Below, piece by piece: positions 1 to 14,000 of a DNA stretch of 64,000 nucleotides. The translations under genes and the position numbers were made by a program. The notes under the pieces are model-generated. The model was not told the DNA's origin. It worked only from the letters and a program-made list of their open reading frames with translations, and searched no databases. Location: positions 45,570,001-45,634,000 of the forward strand of contig NC_087246.1 of NCBI RefSeq assembly GCF_037042905.1, written 5' to 3'. This DNA is from Lytechinus pictus (taxonomy: Eukaryota). Numbering within the stretch: the stretch's first letter is position 1; every line of letters begins with the position of its first letter.

Positions 1-3000
1 TACGGAATTTCTTTTCTCATCTCTATCACACCCTCTCTATAAAAAACAAAGGAAATAAAATATAAATGAAGGTCAAAGCTTTCTCGCTTCGCACGAGAAT
101 GAACTACCTCATTCATGTGACCACCCCTATCTCACTGCGTGTGCTATCGCTCACTGACTCTATAAAAAAGGGATGACTGTCAAAGCTCCCGCTCTTCGCG
201 CGGGAGGGAGAAGAATATCTGGCTCCTTCAGCACCCAGAAACCCAACATCGGATATAGGTCGGCGAAGGTACGATGAGACATCTTTCTTAAAATGATTTT
301 GAGATAGAAGTTCTGAATACGCTGCACCCGCCCTCATTGATTGACGTACTGGAGATGAATTTCATGAGTTTCGAGCCTTTGTTAGAGTTCGTTGTTTTCG
401 CTCGAGACCTGTCTAGAGCTCGAACCCACCCCACCCCTCTCAAAAGCAGAAAAAAGTTACCTGGTTAGATAAAATGCATTTTCTCTGTGCGATAAACCAC
501 TGCATTTCATTTTAAACATCATCTAGTTTTCATCATGTTTCCTACATTATCTAACCAGTTTGAGCAATTTTACATGTTTTATGAATCAATCTCAACTAGG
601 GAAACAATTTATCTTTGCAAGCAAGAATGATTTTATGAGACATGGTTCAGGATGTCCATTTTTCTGTTTCACTCGTTGCCCCCCCCCCTCCTCCCCCACC
701 CTTGCTGTGACATACGGTGCGCCACTGATTGGCAAAGCAATCAGTAAAAGACTAGGCAAAACAATTGTAATCCCTTCCCCTTTCCTTGAAATTTGTAGCA
801 TTTTTATAAATTTTTTGTTAATTTTTAAGAGTGTGTTTATCGTAACTGGTGATGATCCTGATCCTGACAGACTTCTCATCAATCAAGTTTCAAATCTCTG
901 CTTTTTCTTTATCTTTCATCTTCAGATACAATTATCATAAGCCTATAAAAACGATGTAACAATGGTTGACAATCCCTTTCACTTACGGGAAGAGAGAAAA
1001 GCCTTCACTTTTAATATCTCTTACCAAAACAACTTGTGCTTCTCGCCCTCAAGAGGTGAGATTCATGTTTTCTCATTCGTCCCCTGTCACGGCTGTTTAC
1101 ATACTCACTATAATGAATGTGACATCTCCGAATGATGGGATAGTTAAGGAATAAAGTGACCCGATTAGCTCCCCTCGTCGTCCATGCAGCTCAATACGCC
1201 GGGTTTGGTGACAACGGCAAACTTTGGCCCCCTGCTTAGCTAATATGAAACGTGACCGAATGCATTGAATTATACTTCTAAGGGCCGGGGTGGGGTCGTG
1301 GATGGGGGGGGGGGGGAGGCGTCAAGCTCCCTTCGAATGACTTTTATGTAGCAACAAGCAACATGATCATATTTTCATTAAAAAAACAATGATAACTTAA
1401 ATGTGTATTGTTGGCTGCAATGGCTACAGTCTAACATATTCAATTCCCAACAGTAAGCTGAACATGCGCAAAAAGGGTTTGTATATTCATATTTTGATGG
1501 ATAGTTGTTATTCAAAACGTCATTGGGAAATTATGATGGTCTCTATTGTTACATAAATTGAATGATAAGTTTGCTTCTTTCAATTCTTTTAATAAATCAA
1601 TGATTGTTGTTGTTTTTTCTTCAATCAAACAATTAGACATCTTGGTTTATTAATTTAGTTCATAAATTTGTTCCATTTTCACTTCATGTGATATTATTTG
1701 TTGAATATAATGTCAAAACTTACCGCAAAATTAGATTTTCAAAATTAGCTTCCCTATGTTGCGCCCCTAAAACATTTTGGCTCATCACGCCACTGCACTG
1801 ACGGGTGAATGAGAAAAGAGAAAGTGAAATTATATTCGGAAAATTTATATCTACCATCACAATAGGTCACTAAACTCTGGGATGGTGTCATGATATATCG
1901 AATTAACCCACCTGACATCTTGCGAGGCGATTACACTCAAACTCAAGAATTGAAAAAAAAATGACCGGGGCGGAGTCCTGTGAACATTCGTCAGAAAGAA
2001 TCTCATTTTACGAACTGTTTTTCGGAATTTACCCATACATACAAAAATTGATATTTCCATCATATTGTCCAATTTCATCTGTCCTTTTAGTGGGGGAAAG
2101 CGTACAACACCTGTAATCTTACCAGATAGCGTAATCTTACAGGAAATTGGTAATATTTGGTGTATGGAACTTACAAATTTTCTTAAAAAAAACATCCTTT
2201 TCCACTTTTTAAACAGACCTGTTCTGTTAAATTGCAGAAAATTCCTGTTTTATGAATTTACAGAATGATTCTGTAATTGCTTTCTGCAAAATCTTCTTTT
2301 TTTATCTGTAAAATCAGGGTTTTTTAACAGTGTAGGGGGGGGGGTATTGGATAAGTCAGGAATCACTGGTTACCGAATTCATCATAGACGAAATGTTGGG
2401 GTTCATATTCCCAGACCATTTTCCCTAAGGTTTCTATCCACACTCAAGAAGGAGGATAGCCACCACGGCCACCACCCCAATTGGTATTTATTTGATTTCC
2501 GATATGCGTAATGAAATAACACTAAATTTTGAGCTTGTCTTACATCTTTTCTTTCTATTATAATCTAACCTATGCTAATATGTAGCCATATGTAAAAGCT
2601 TGATTTGGGCAACGCAGCGCAAGGATCTGGGAGAATACGAGCAGGGGGGAACAGGTGTTTGACAAGAATGGACGAAGAAAGTTTACTACAAAATATAGCA
2701 ACTAGATCGAAATGGAGGGAAAATAAACAACTCTAGGCTTCGAAAAGGCAAAGACAATAATTAAAATATAATTACGTACTCTTTATTCCCACTGCTGATG
2801 TACTGAGTGGGGGGGGGGGAGCGTGCTTGGGGCCATTACTCCCCTCCCCCCCAAAAAAAGCAGTCACGACCAAGAAGAAAGGGAGAAAAAGAAAGGAAAG
2901 AGAAACGAAAAAGGGGGTGGAATATAATATGATTTTCTAAATATTATGGCAAATCTATCACAAAATTTGATATTTGCATTAACGATTCCAAAAAAATGAT

Positions 3001-3293
3001 AGCTCTTTAATATATTAGAAGTTTTTTCCCCACACGACTCCACACGAAGGAGGGGGGGGGGGGGGGAGTTGTCACGATTTTGTTGCCGTATTGTTTTCTT
3101 CGAAAAGCTGCAGAGATGGATTTCTTTGCAACGTCACACCAAGGCCCGACATGCACAGTTCGTCATCATCATCCTATCTTATTGTTTAGACTTAAGATAA
3201 ACACATTCATGATATTAGCCTATTACACTGACACTCACGAGGCAATGGCCCATTTATGTCCGTGAGATATCGGCAACCTTTCACCCGAAAAGG

Positions 3294-3713
3294 GGTAAAT
3301 TGCCAATTCGTCTACTGCCAACTCGTCCACTCACCACATCTTCGATTTTCATTTAGTCTGATGCCATTCCGTCCATCAACATTTCGTCTAACAACCATTT
3401 GGTCCAGTAAACATTTGGTACAATCATCACTTCGTCTAATCACCATTTCGTCTATGAACATTTCGTCTCATAACAAGTTGGTCTAATATCCATTTTATTT
3501 TCATTCATTTTGCACAATTAACACTTTGTCCAATTAGACCAAATGGCATATGGACTAAATGGCTATTGGACCAACAGGTTATTAGACGAAATGGTGAGTG
3601 GACGAATCGGTAAATTAGACCATGTGGATAGTGGACGAACTGATGGTAGACCAAATGATAGTAGACGAGTTGGAAATTGGACGAATTGGCATTAGACGAA
3701 TTGAAAATAAACC
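3294..3713. mobile_element. MITE-like foldback element built from short ttcgtcta/tagacgaa repeats
   Basis: Imperfect TIRs (ggtaaattgccaattcgtctactgccaa / ttggcattagacgaattgaaaataaacc); repeat polarity flips at the centre; degenerate relative near 8410-8700. Confidence 0.7.
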
Positions 3714-4976
3714 GACCCGGGCAGCGATCAGGAAATCGATGAACTGATACAGTCACACCACCGAAACCGACTCTAAACCGACCGATGGTAGCATTGGAAG
3801 TAACGTAATAGCTTTTGATCGGTCCGAGTCGGTTCCACCAGTGGGACCGTGGCAAAACCATGGTGACGGACGGTGCATGAAGTGTTACCCACGATTCGTC
3901 CAACTTTCTTCTCGCGTGCTGTCTTTCTTCTCAAATAGCACAGCTATATTCGGTCGGCCCTCCCTTATCAATCTTTATGTTTCACATACACATGATAGAT
4001 TAGTATATGACCATGAATGATCTCGCTGTGAAAGGAAAGAATCAGCCCCAACCGGAAGTTTTAGGAGGTATTTTGTTTGATGTGTATGCCGTTGAACTTG
4101 GATTTATTTTCTTCCTCGCATTCTCCTGTTTGGATGGTATCAGCAGCTTGAAGAAGGCTTAGCCAAGAAGGAAAAAAAATAACCACACTTGTAGAATGGA
4201 TTGATTCTCCGGCATGATTTTGTTTATTCGTCAACATCATGCAGTCATGTTTTATTTACCCGACTGTCTATTGGCATGGTTAATGTCTATATTTGCGTGG
4301 GTGGTTGGGATGGATGAGTGGCAATTCTCTCTACAGTAGTTTAAAAGTTAAATTCTTTTTGGTATTGAGATGGTCTTGCTGATTGTATGAATCAACGTCT
4401 CTTCGCAACCTTCCGTTAGCGATGATCTTCGAGAGGGTTTGATCCATTCAACAACGCATTGTGGGATGTGGGTGCTGTTTCTTTTCCCATCCGTTTTATC
4501 AATGGACTTCAAGGACTGAGACGGGGACTTCCATAACGTCATTAGTCTTTTCATGGAGGTAAAAAGCAAATAATCCTCTATAGTTTTTATTAAGAACAGA
4601 AGAAAAACAACAGCATTCGAATAAAACGCACAACAATTTGATTTACTGTTAACGATCTCGATCTCTCATTTCGCAGAATAAATGATTTATGGGACGCACC
4701 GCATTCCGCAACTTCAATTATTCATGAAAAGTGTCCACCCCACACGACTCCTAATTTGGGGGTAGATGTCTTGGATGTGTTAGAAGCAGTTGGGGAATTT
4801 ACTTTGCTCATCATTCAGTCAACTCCTACATGAAACCTTCCTCGATCGCCGAAAGTTTTTGACCCGTTATTGACGGCTTGTCGTCTTCAAACATGGTTAA
4901 AGATTGAACATAACATGATATTTTCATAATAATTTTTTGGAGAGGAAAGAACTTTCGCTGGGAAAAACATTCCAGG

Positions 4977-5045
4977 ATGGAAAATTCGCCATGGAAACTG
5001 ATTTCTGATTCCATAGGGGATACAGAGCGATTCGAAGTGCCTCAG
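4977..5045 (+). CDS. FZ/EGF gene putative coding exon 1 (MENSPWKLISDSIGDTERFEVPQ)
   Basis: aggATGG start context, 23 codons, strong CAG|GTAAGT donor in phase 0 matching the acceptor at 9010. An upstream acceptor (ttcgcag, 4676) suggests a 5' UTR portion. Confidence 0.55.
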
Positions 5046-8000
5046 GTAAGTGCATTGTCAATCAGTGGCGTACCGTGGGTCACGGCATTGGAGGGGGGGG
5101 GGGGACACCAGCAAAAATTTTGAGTCACTTATTTGCTAGGTATACTGACCTAAGACGTTTTTAAGACAGTGCCATTAAACGGATATGCATCTCACTGATC
5201 AAATAATGCGAGCGCGAAGCGCGAGCTGAAAATTTTTTATATTCAGACCTTAAAAAGGGACATTATAACCAAGTTTTTGTAATCATGATACGTACCTGTC
5301 TTGCTAAACTAACAATGCGAGCGTGAAGCGCGAGCTGAAAGTTTTGTATATATTGACCCCAAACAGGGATATTTTTAGAGCCAAGCGCATGCTGATTTGT
5401 TAGAATTACTTCTAAACACACGAAGCACCGTTTGTAGTCATTGTAATCATGATTATCATACGCATCTCACTAATCAAATATTGCGAGCTAAATATTTAGG
5501 AAATTCAGACCTGAAGAGAGGCATTCTAATGCTTGTTTGTAGGAATTCACTAACCGAATGATGCGAACGCGAAGCACGAGCTGAAAATTTGTCATATTCA
5601 GATTAGAAAAAAGGACACTTTAAGACCTTAAAATGGGGCAATAACTTTAAGTAGTCATGAAAAAGAAGTATATGTCACTACATAAAACAATAATAACTCG
5701 AAGTGCGTGTATACTGACTTGAAAACGGGAGGTTTTAGTACAACAGGATCATATATCTCGTTAAACAGACAATGCGAGCACCCGGAACAATGAAGACATA
5801 TGCCCTGAGCAAATAATGTTTCATAAAGTTATGAAAAATGTTTCTTATGTAATATAATATAACATAACATAATTATAATGAACAATAATTTCTTCTTTCC
5901 CGCTATACGTTTTTTTTTCCTTTCTCCCTGTTTTTCTCCTTCCCTATTTTTTTTGCCAGTAGTTACGCCACTGTTGTCAATAATTCCATAATAACCCTTG
6001 CTCTCATACGAAGGAAAGTAAAGGGAAAAAGATAAGAGAGAGGGGGGGGGGGGGTTGAATCATGTCTCTGAATCCTTGCTGAAAGCAAAGCGATTTTATT
6101 TTTTTGAAAGAATAGAATGAAACGGAAATATCGAGGGGGCGCAACATAGCATGTCTGACAAATAAAATGTCCGAGAGTGAGAAGCGAGTGGGCAAAATTT
6201 ACCATTTTAAAACGAAAATGACATTTTGTGAGATATTTTGACATATAATAAAATGATCTCATATCTTACACATGTTCCTTTCAGTTTCTTTCTTTTAATC
6301 GTTTTTTTTTTTTTTTTTGGGGGGGGATCATGGAACTTTCTTTGGGGGGCATGACTCCTAGGCCCCCACCTGCACGCCAGTGAGTGATAAAAGCAATATT
6401 TTCACGCCGTTTTTATTCACTCGGGAGTGACGTAAAACACCTGGTTTAGAGTAAACCATACATATTTTTTTTTGTTTTGAATGTTCTATTTACAGATTGT
6501 ATTTCACTATTTTCCTGATAAACTTCACCTCCAAGAGAACCGACGCGACGTTAGGAATATTTTATACTTTCACCATTTATCGTTATGGCATTCGTAATCT
6601 AAATTATCTTTCCATTTCGAGATTTTGTTTCAGAATTCATTTCATAACGAATTTTCTCTTTATCCTAATCCCACTCTGTATCACTACACTGCTATAACCA
6701 GTTTGCATAACATAAACGAGCCAAAGAGGAAGAAATCTGACTTCTGATATTATAAAGGAAATATTTAATTTCCATACACATGTCTTAAAAATCAAAATTT
6801 TCTTTGACATTATATTATTTCCAATGAAAATTAATCTGTCTTTTTACGCAGACACCACATTAATTTTCTTTATCTATCTTGTGTTTTCTGAAGGGTTCCA
6901 ATTAACCTACTCGATGACAAAACAAAATAAAGGAAAAAAGAAAATAAAGAAAAAGAAAAAACACCCCGCAAAAAAGGAACCTACCATAAAAACACAATAC
7001 ATGGAGGGCTAAGTTGTAAACCTGACAGAAATATTTGATTAACAAAGAATTTTTCAATATCCTTAACTGGAAATACGTCTTTTCTATGGCCCTAAATAAA
7101 AGAATAAATATGAAGATATTCGTTTGAATACACAAAATTGGGATTGTTTGTTTGTTTTATTTTTATTTCTGCGTGACGCTTTTTTCCCAAATCAATAATG
7201 TCCGATTCTGATTCTTTCGTGGTTCAGTGATTCATATAGCCGTCGAAAGATGAACAAGTTAAACTTATTTCCAAATGACAAGACAAAACCACCTCCCCAA
7301 AAATATGGCAATAGATCAAGTGATCTTCTTTATTTATTTTCATTGTTCATCTCTGCGGGGAAACGGGGAGATGACTGTGTGCTAGTGACACGAACAGGGG
7401 TCGACCTTTTACATGTCTACATAATCGTAAATTATCAGTAAGCCATGTCTACTTTGACCCATAACGTAAGAGGGGGGGGGGGGGGGACGGTCTGAAACGA
7501 ACACACGTAGAGATCCGGAAGAAAATAAAATGACATGAGATTTTTAATAAAGCCAATTTTTTTATGCGCGAGTCAAAAGTTGCAGTCAAAATGTAATAAA
7601 CCAGTAGGTAATCATCTTTTAAATAACACTAGAGATCTTACATATTTAAATGAATGTACGCAACGTAAGCGTGGATGTGCGAGCACGTTTGTGTGTGTGG
7701 GTGGGGGGGGGTGGGAGTGGCGTCATTAGGCAAACATTTAAGAGGTCCAGACATGGCGTATGGGGCAAAATTTCTTAACAGCTTCGAGTGAGTGAAGCGA
7801 GCGAGCAAAAGTTGTGATCTTTTCAATACACAAAATCAATTTTTGCGATAGTTTTGGTAAATAATACAGAATATGATATAAACTTTCATCCCTTTTCCTT
7901 TCCATTCTTTTTCTTATTCTTATCCCCCCGTGAATCTGAACTTTAGTTTGATCTACTCCATGTTACTTTTTTTTTTTTTTATTGTTATATACTCGTGTAT

Positions 8001-11000
8001 TAAGTACCCAATAATTGATTTGTATATTTTCAAGGGGGACCCACACTTTACAAGCATTGCTTTTAGTGACCACCACCCTCATTTCAATATTTTCCATTTT
8101 AAAATAATGTTTTGGAAAAAAGTAAATTCTTTAATTTGTATTTTATTGTATTACTCGGTATTATGTTTGCATGCAAATGAAATAAGGAATTGAATTGCAA
8201 TTGAATTTAATATTTCTTGGTCGTGAAACTTTTTGAGAATTTATGCTCCCAAGTCCCCATTTCTACTCTAGTTGAGAAGTACGCTACTTAACACTCGTAT
8301 CGCCTCACATTATTTCGTGTGTCAAATAGTAATTGTTTAACAATATATATTATCCATCGTATCATCCATTCATCGACGTTTCGTAAAAATAGCCAGAAGA
8401 GTAAATAACCGTTTCGTCTAAACCAATCTAGTCTATGATCTGTCCGTTCATCTACCATCCATGTCTGCTATTCGGTTTACAATCTATTTGTCCAATTTCA
8501 GTCAGCAAGGCACCTAGCATGTCTTAATTAATCAAATCCCTGATAAAATGTTGCTCTATATCGATGATTCGGTCTATAGCTTCATCACTGTAATTGATCT
8601 GATATTAATTCATCTAGTCATGTTTCGTCAGATAAGTGAATGGTCAAATGGTAAAATAACCATTTCGTTTTTCAGTATAAATACCATTTGACCTAATGGC
8701 TATTTACTTTGATACAAACTTATTATTCAGGACACCACAAGTATAAAACAAGAGCTCTATGGGATCCGCCACTAGATTATACATAGATCACATGGATGTG
8801 TATGATCTATGAATGATATTAATCTTGTGATGATATAAAAAAATCCATACCAGGATAGAGGAGAGAACAGTGAATTTTCAGATATCGATCGAGAAATTCG
8901 GCAAGGTTTTGTTATCCGTCATTCTTTATCTGTTAGGTATTTTATTTTCATTTCCGAAAAATAAATTCATTGTTTGAACATTTTGTTTTGGTTTCCATCT
9001 TTCCATCCAGATGTATGTATTGCCATGGGAATGTGACCTTACGCCACCGACGATTCAAACTATAAATTCAAACAGTTACAAACCGTCCAATCATAGGAGA
9101 CGTACGAGACAAGTTCAGAACTCGAGAGCTACTATTCTCCAATCGGAAGGAGGGTTATGTATCTCGTACTGTCAATGTCGATCCCGAGGTTCTGCTATTG
9201 CTTTCAACATCGTACTTCTTGCTACACTGGTTCTCATTTTTACTGTGGTTTCTCTTCTGGTTCTAGCATTGTATCAGAGTAGGTATATATGTTTTGAATG
9301 ACGTATAAGGAATCTGATTAACAACGTTAGAAGAAAAAGTATTAAAAAACAATAGAAATCTGACAAAACACTTAAGAATATATGATCAATAATTACATTT
9401 AACGTTTTCTCAAAAATGCTGTTGCCGTTGGGACACAACTGGAAATTATGAAATATTGAACTGCGAAGTCTGTTGAAATATTAAAGCTTGATAGCCTATT
9501 TTGTTTATGATACTACAGTGCCATTTGTTCGTTTTGTTTATTTTTGTTCAAATGGTTCGAATTCATAATATCCCGTATTCTGTCGTAGGTATCACAAATG
9601 TACATGTTACTTTAAAGAGTATCAAGAACAACATTTTCTTGAAATATAAGTATATATAAGTTCCCCCTCACACTTCTTATTTTCTGTTCGAGGATCACAC
9701 TTTCAGATAGAAGCAAACACTCCAGGTCTGGAGCCATTTGACGCCACAACGATTTCAGATTCGTTAACCGGTATTCCTATAAACTCGTCAAAAACTCCAG
9801 GATTTGAACCACCCGAAGATTCGGTTCACAATTTTGCAACCTCTTCGAGACCCGAAAGTACCAATCATGCTGAAGCAATAGCAACCGTTTTACCCACAAC
9901 TCCATTCGAAATTACGCAGGAAAATGGTAAGGAACGTATTTTTAAAACAGTTTATTTTATTTTTTTCTTAAAATGAAAAACGAATCATACAAGCAAGTCA
10001 CTGAAAATATCAAATGATGCAATTTATTGTAAAATAATAAAGTCATGACATTGTGAACTTTCACAAAGGTGTTGATCAATTTGCAAGTACAATGTGGGTA
10101 ATATTCAAACGGGCCTTTAGAGATAACGACGTTATCTGTCACTATTCTTTTGGAATATCAATTTCTTTTGAATATGATTATATCAAAATCCTTGATTGAC
10201 TCTTTTCAAATATGTGAAACTGGAAATAATCTCGCATGAGTTCTGGTACAGTAGGCCTACATATCATGCGATAGGTCTACATTCATTAAACTTTTCTTGT
10301 CCTAAATAATACAGATGTAACGTCATCGGTTCTGTAATTTGTATAATTATCTTGATTACTATGGTTTTAGTTCAATACATTTGTAAAGAGACGTCGTTCC
10401 ATTGTTTTAAGCACTATATATACATGTACATGTTAGCGGATTTAAATATCATTGTAAAGTAAATATTTATTTTTCTTCCAACTTTCATTTTTCATACGTA
10501 GTATATAAATCAATAATAAAGTACAAAACATTGAATATGAATACAGAATTTAAATTATGCGAGGAGAATGCATCAAACCCAGTATTGTGTAGGGATACGC
10601 CTGTAACACTATAGGTAAACAACAGTTGTTGTGTAGCGTTGATTTTTATCCTTTTTGTTTCTAATGCAAGCTAGGTAATCACCAACACCACCTCTACAAC
10701 CCTACCACTAATTTCATGTACCATTCGTTTGATTTTTGCCACTTTTTTGTTTCGTTTGTACTATTTTTTAATTATAACAAATATAGGTTGTGTCCCAATA
10801 CCAATAATTAGCTGTCGCAGATACCTCAGATACACCACCACTTTCTTTCCAAATCGGTTTGGCCTTGGGGAGACTGCGAGTGACGGCGCAAATCTTTACT
10901 ACCAGTTTTCGTTTGATATTGGAACACATTGCCATCCTGATGCCAAACGACTACTGTGCCGCATCCTCTTTTCGACCTGTTACCAGCCTTTCATCTTGGT

Positions 11001-14000
11001 CGACCCCGCTCCTCTTCCTTGTCGCTCTCTTTGCGAAGACGTCGGGACCCGTTGCGTCGAGAATAGATCTTTCAACGAGACTTGGAATAGAATCTGCGAG
11101 ACAATGCCCGAATCAAATAGTGAAGATGTGTGCTTCCGTAGTTCCTTGACATCCAACCAAGGTAGGTTATCGAAGTTAGAGACTAACTTTTCCTGTTTTA
11201 TTTGTTCCAGACCAATCTAGTTTTTTTATAGAGTATTGAGGGAAGGAATGTTTGTGTGTGTGTGTGCGAGGGAGGTGAGGTTATAGTTCTAGATATTGTA
11301 ATGAAATATGTTTCTGGTACTAAATTTGTATTTTCTAGCTTATCTTCCTCTGATTCTTCTTCCCCTTGTTTTCGTCATCATCACCATTATCATCACTCAT
11401 CGTTATCATCATCATTATCATCTCGTCAATTTCTTCTTCTTCTTCCTTTTCACCTTCTTCATCTTGTTGTTGTTGTTGTTCCCCCTTCTCCTCCTCCTTT
11501 TTCTACTTTCTCTTCCCCCCCCCCCCTTTCCACCTTTCCAGTGGAGCAACAGTCACATTGACCACTGTATCATGTATGTACTTCTTTCATGTCTATTGCT
11601 GCTAAGACGACCCCATGACTACCTCTACTTTCTACTTAGTATACTGCAGCTGCTACATGTACTTCTACTTCTTGCACTACTCGTTGTTCTACCTCATCAC
11701 CACCATATTCCATCATGCACCACTGTGCAACCTAGTTGCTTCAGCAGACCCGAACGCTCTTAGCACTGATTCTACACTTTTAACAAACGGTTGAGACTGG
11801 GCTTCCATTTTCTGCTTTTAAAGAAATAGTAGGAGCATCACCATAACTTTACAACTACTCCTGTTTATTGCAATGATTTTGTACACAGACACACATCATT
11901 TGTGTTCCAACTCGTCCTGCCAGAATGGTGGGATCTGCTTCGAGGTCAACGATCATATTCTGTGCCGATGCCCAGACCCATTCTATGGAATCAGTTGTCA
12001 AAATGGTAAGACGATCAACTATTTAATTATTTGGTTGTTTTTTACAACAGTTAAGTTTACAACGAGGATTTTTTTCTCGCGAAATTGGATTTGTTAAATG
12101 TGGGCTGTTTCCTAACGATAAGATCAAAGTATGATCTTGCGACAAAAAATAAATCAAAAGCGCTGATTCAAATCTCTTACATGCCCATAGTTTCCATGAC
12201 CAGATGACGTATCAATAAATTGTCTGGTAGACATACAAACTTGAGACATGAGACCTGTCCAATTTATCCCTATAGATAGGATGCTCATTAAAGATATGTA
12301 CATGTCTAGCTTTGGGATAAAAAGATATTGGGAATGAAATCTAAGGACTAAATTATGAATGGTGAGGTAATGGAAAATGTTTAATGTGCAAACATAACAT
12401 GATGACTGGTCGATCGAACTTGTCTACAATTTGTGTATCTGTTTCAGTGATGATTGATGAATATTCTAAAATAATTATGAGGGATTGTATATATTGTAAT
12501 CTGTGAAAATGAGGCGAGGATAGCGTTGCTTCCGACAGCCATTGGGCATCACCATATCTTAAGAGTTTTATCATGTGATATACAGAGTTTGAAGACCCAT
12601 GTGCTGTGAATCCGTGCCTTAATGGAGCAACCTGCGAGAAACAACTCTCCCCGTTTGGTTTCTCCTTTTATATCTGTCTTTGTGCGCTGAACTACCACGG
12701 ACCCAAGTGTGAAAAGGGTAAGTGCGTCACTTTAAACATTGAATATTGATGTTAAAAACAATACAAAGTCTATGCTCAAAGATTTGATACTGCGAAATTG
12801 ATGTGTCCATTCGATTTCGGAGTGCATCATAATTTTTCCAAATTAATTAGTTGGTCGATCAGTGCAATTTGAAACCAAGTCGATCCTCTTACACTGAAGG
12901 TATTGATCATATTGATCACTTCCTTCAGAAAGATTACTACCGTCGGTCATCTGTATTACTTACTTACAAACAAATATTTCACGAAATTGTGAGGACTTTG
13001 TTCATTTGTCAATTGCAATACCACATGGACCATGTCACAATTTAAACACCGCACCAGTGGCTATTGACACATGTATAATGGGACTTAGTTTCAAATAACT
13101 GTAGTAACATTTTCATTTTTCTTTAGAACAGTTTCTAATTATGCGGCCGAGGAATATATCTTACATTCAAGTTTTGTAACATGAAATCAGCAGGATAACG
13201 TCGATGTTATGTCATTTCTGTTATAATCCATTTTTCTTTGCAAAAAATATACTGATAATCACTCGCTTTAATGTATCTAAGTTTCATATACATGTATAGT
13301 AAATCATATCGAAAAACGTCTCATACACCCTCATACAGCTCCCCCCCCCCCAAAAAAAAAAAGCCCCTCTGTCATAGGCTGAAGTAATGCCAAAATGTGG
13401 TAGTATTTTCAATCAAAATGTACAAGAGTAGAACGCGTATTTCATAATCTAACTTCTATAAAAATTTCATTAGTCTCGCTTCGGCGGTTTTGAATACACA
13501 CCTTGTTCATGTTGTTACGCCAGCGTGGCCAGTGAAAAATATCAAATTATGCCAGAGGAGCAGCGAAATTATGCCAAACCGTTTTGGACTCTAGGATTTT
13601 CCACAGGGGGGGGGGGGGCAAAACCGTCCGCCAAAATAATTTGACAAGCAAAAAAAAAAAAAAAAAAAAGGTCTTCAATCACAAATAAAGGATTTCGTTC
13701 CAGAAAAAAAATTGACAAGCAAAAAAAAAAAAAAAAAAGGTCTTCAATCATCAAATAGATCAAAATTATGCTAAATATGCTATTATTATGCCAGGTTCTT
13801 TGCTTAAAAAAGTCTAATTATGCCCCAAATTATGCTGAAAGGGTCGAAATTATGCCAGAAAAAAGGTCTAATTATGCCAGAATTATGCCGGCATAATAAA
13901 TTATGCTGAAAGGGTCGAAATTATGCCAGAAAGCATAATTGTGCCAGTTCTGGCAACGTTGTGTTACGCAACAGTGATGCATTTCAGGCCATTCCAAGTT

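Noticed and set aside
3256-3903. ORFs of 76 and 132 aa
   Set aside because: They derive from the periodic repeats of a MITE.
11256-11763. Overlapping 79-151 aa ORFs
   Set aside because: Products of simple trinucleotide repeats inside an intron.
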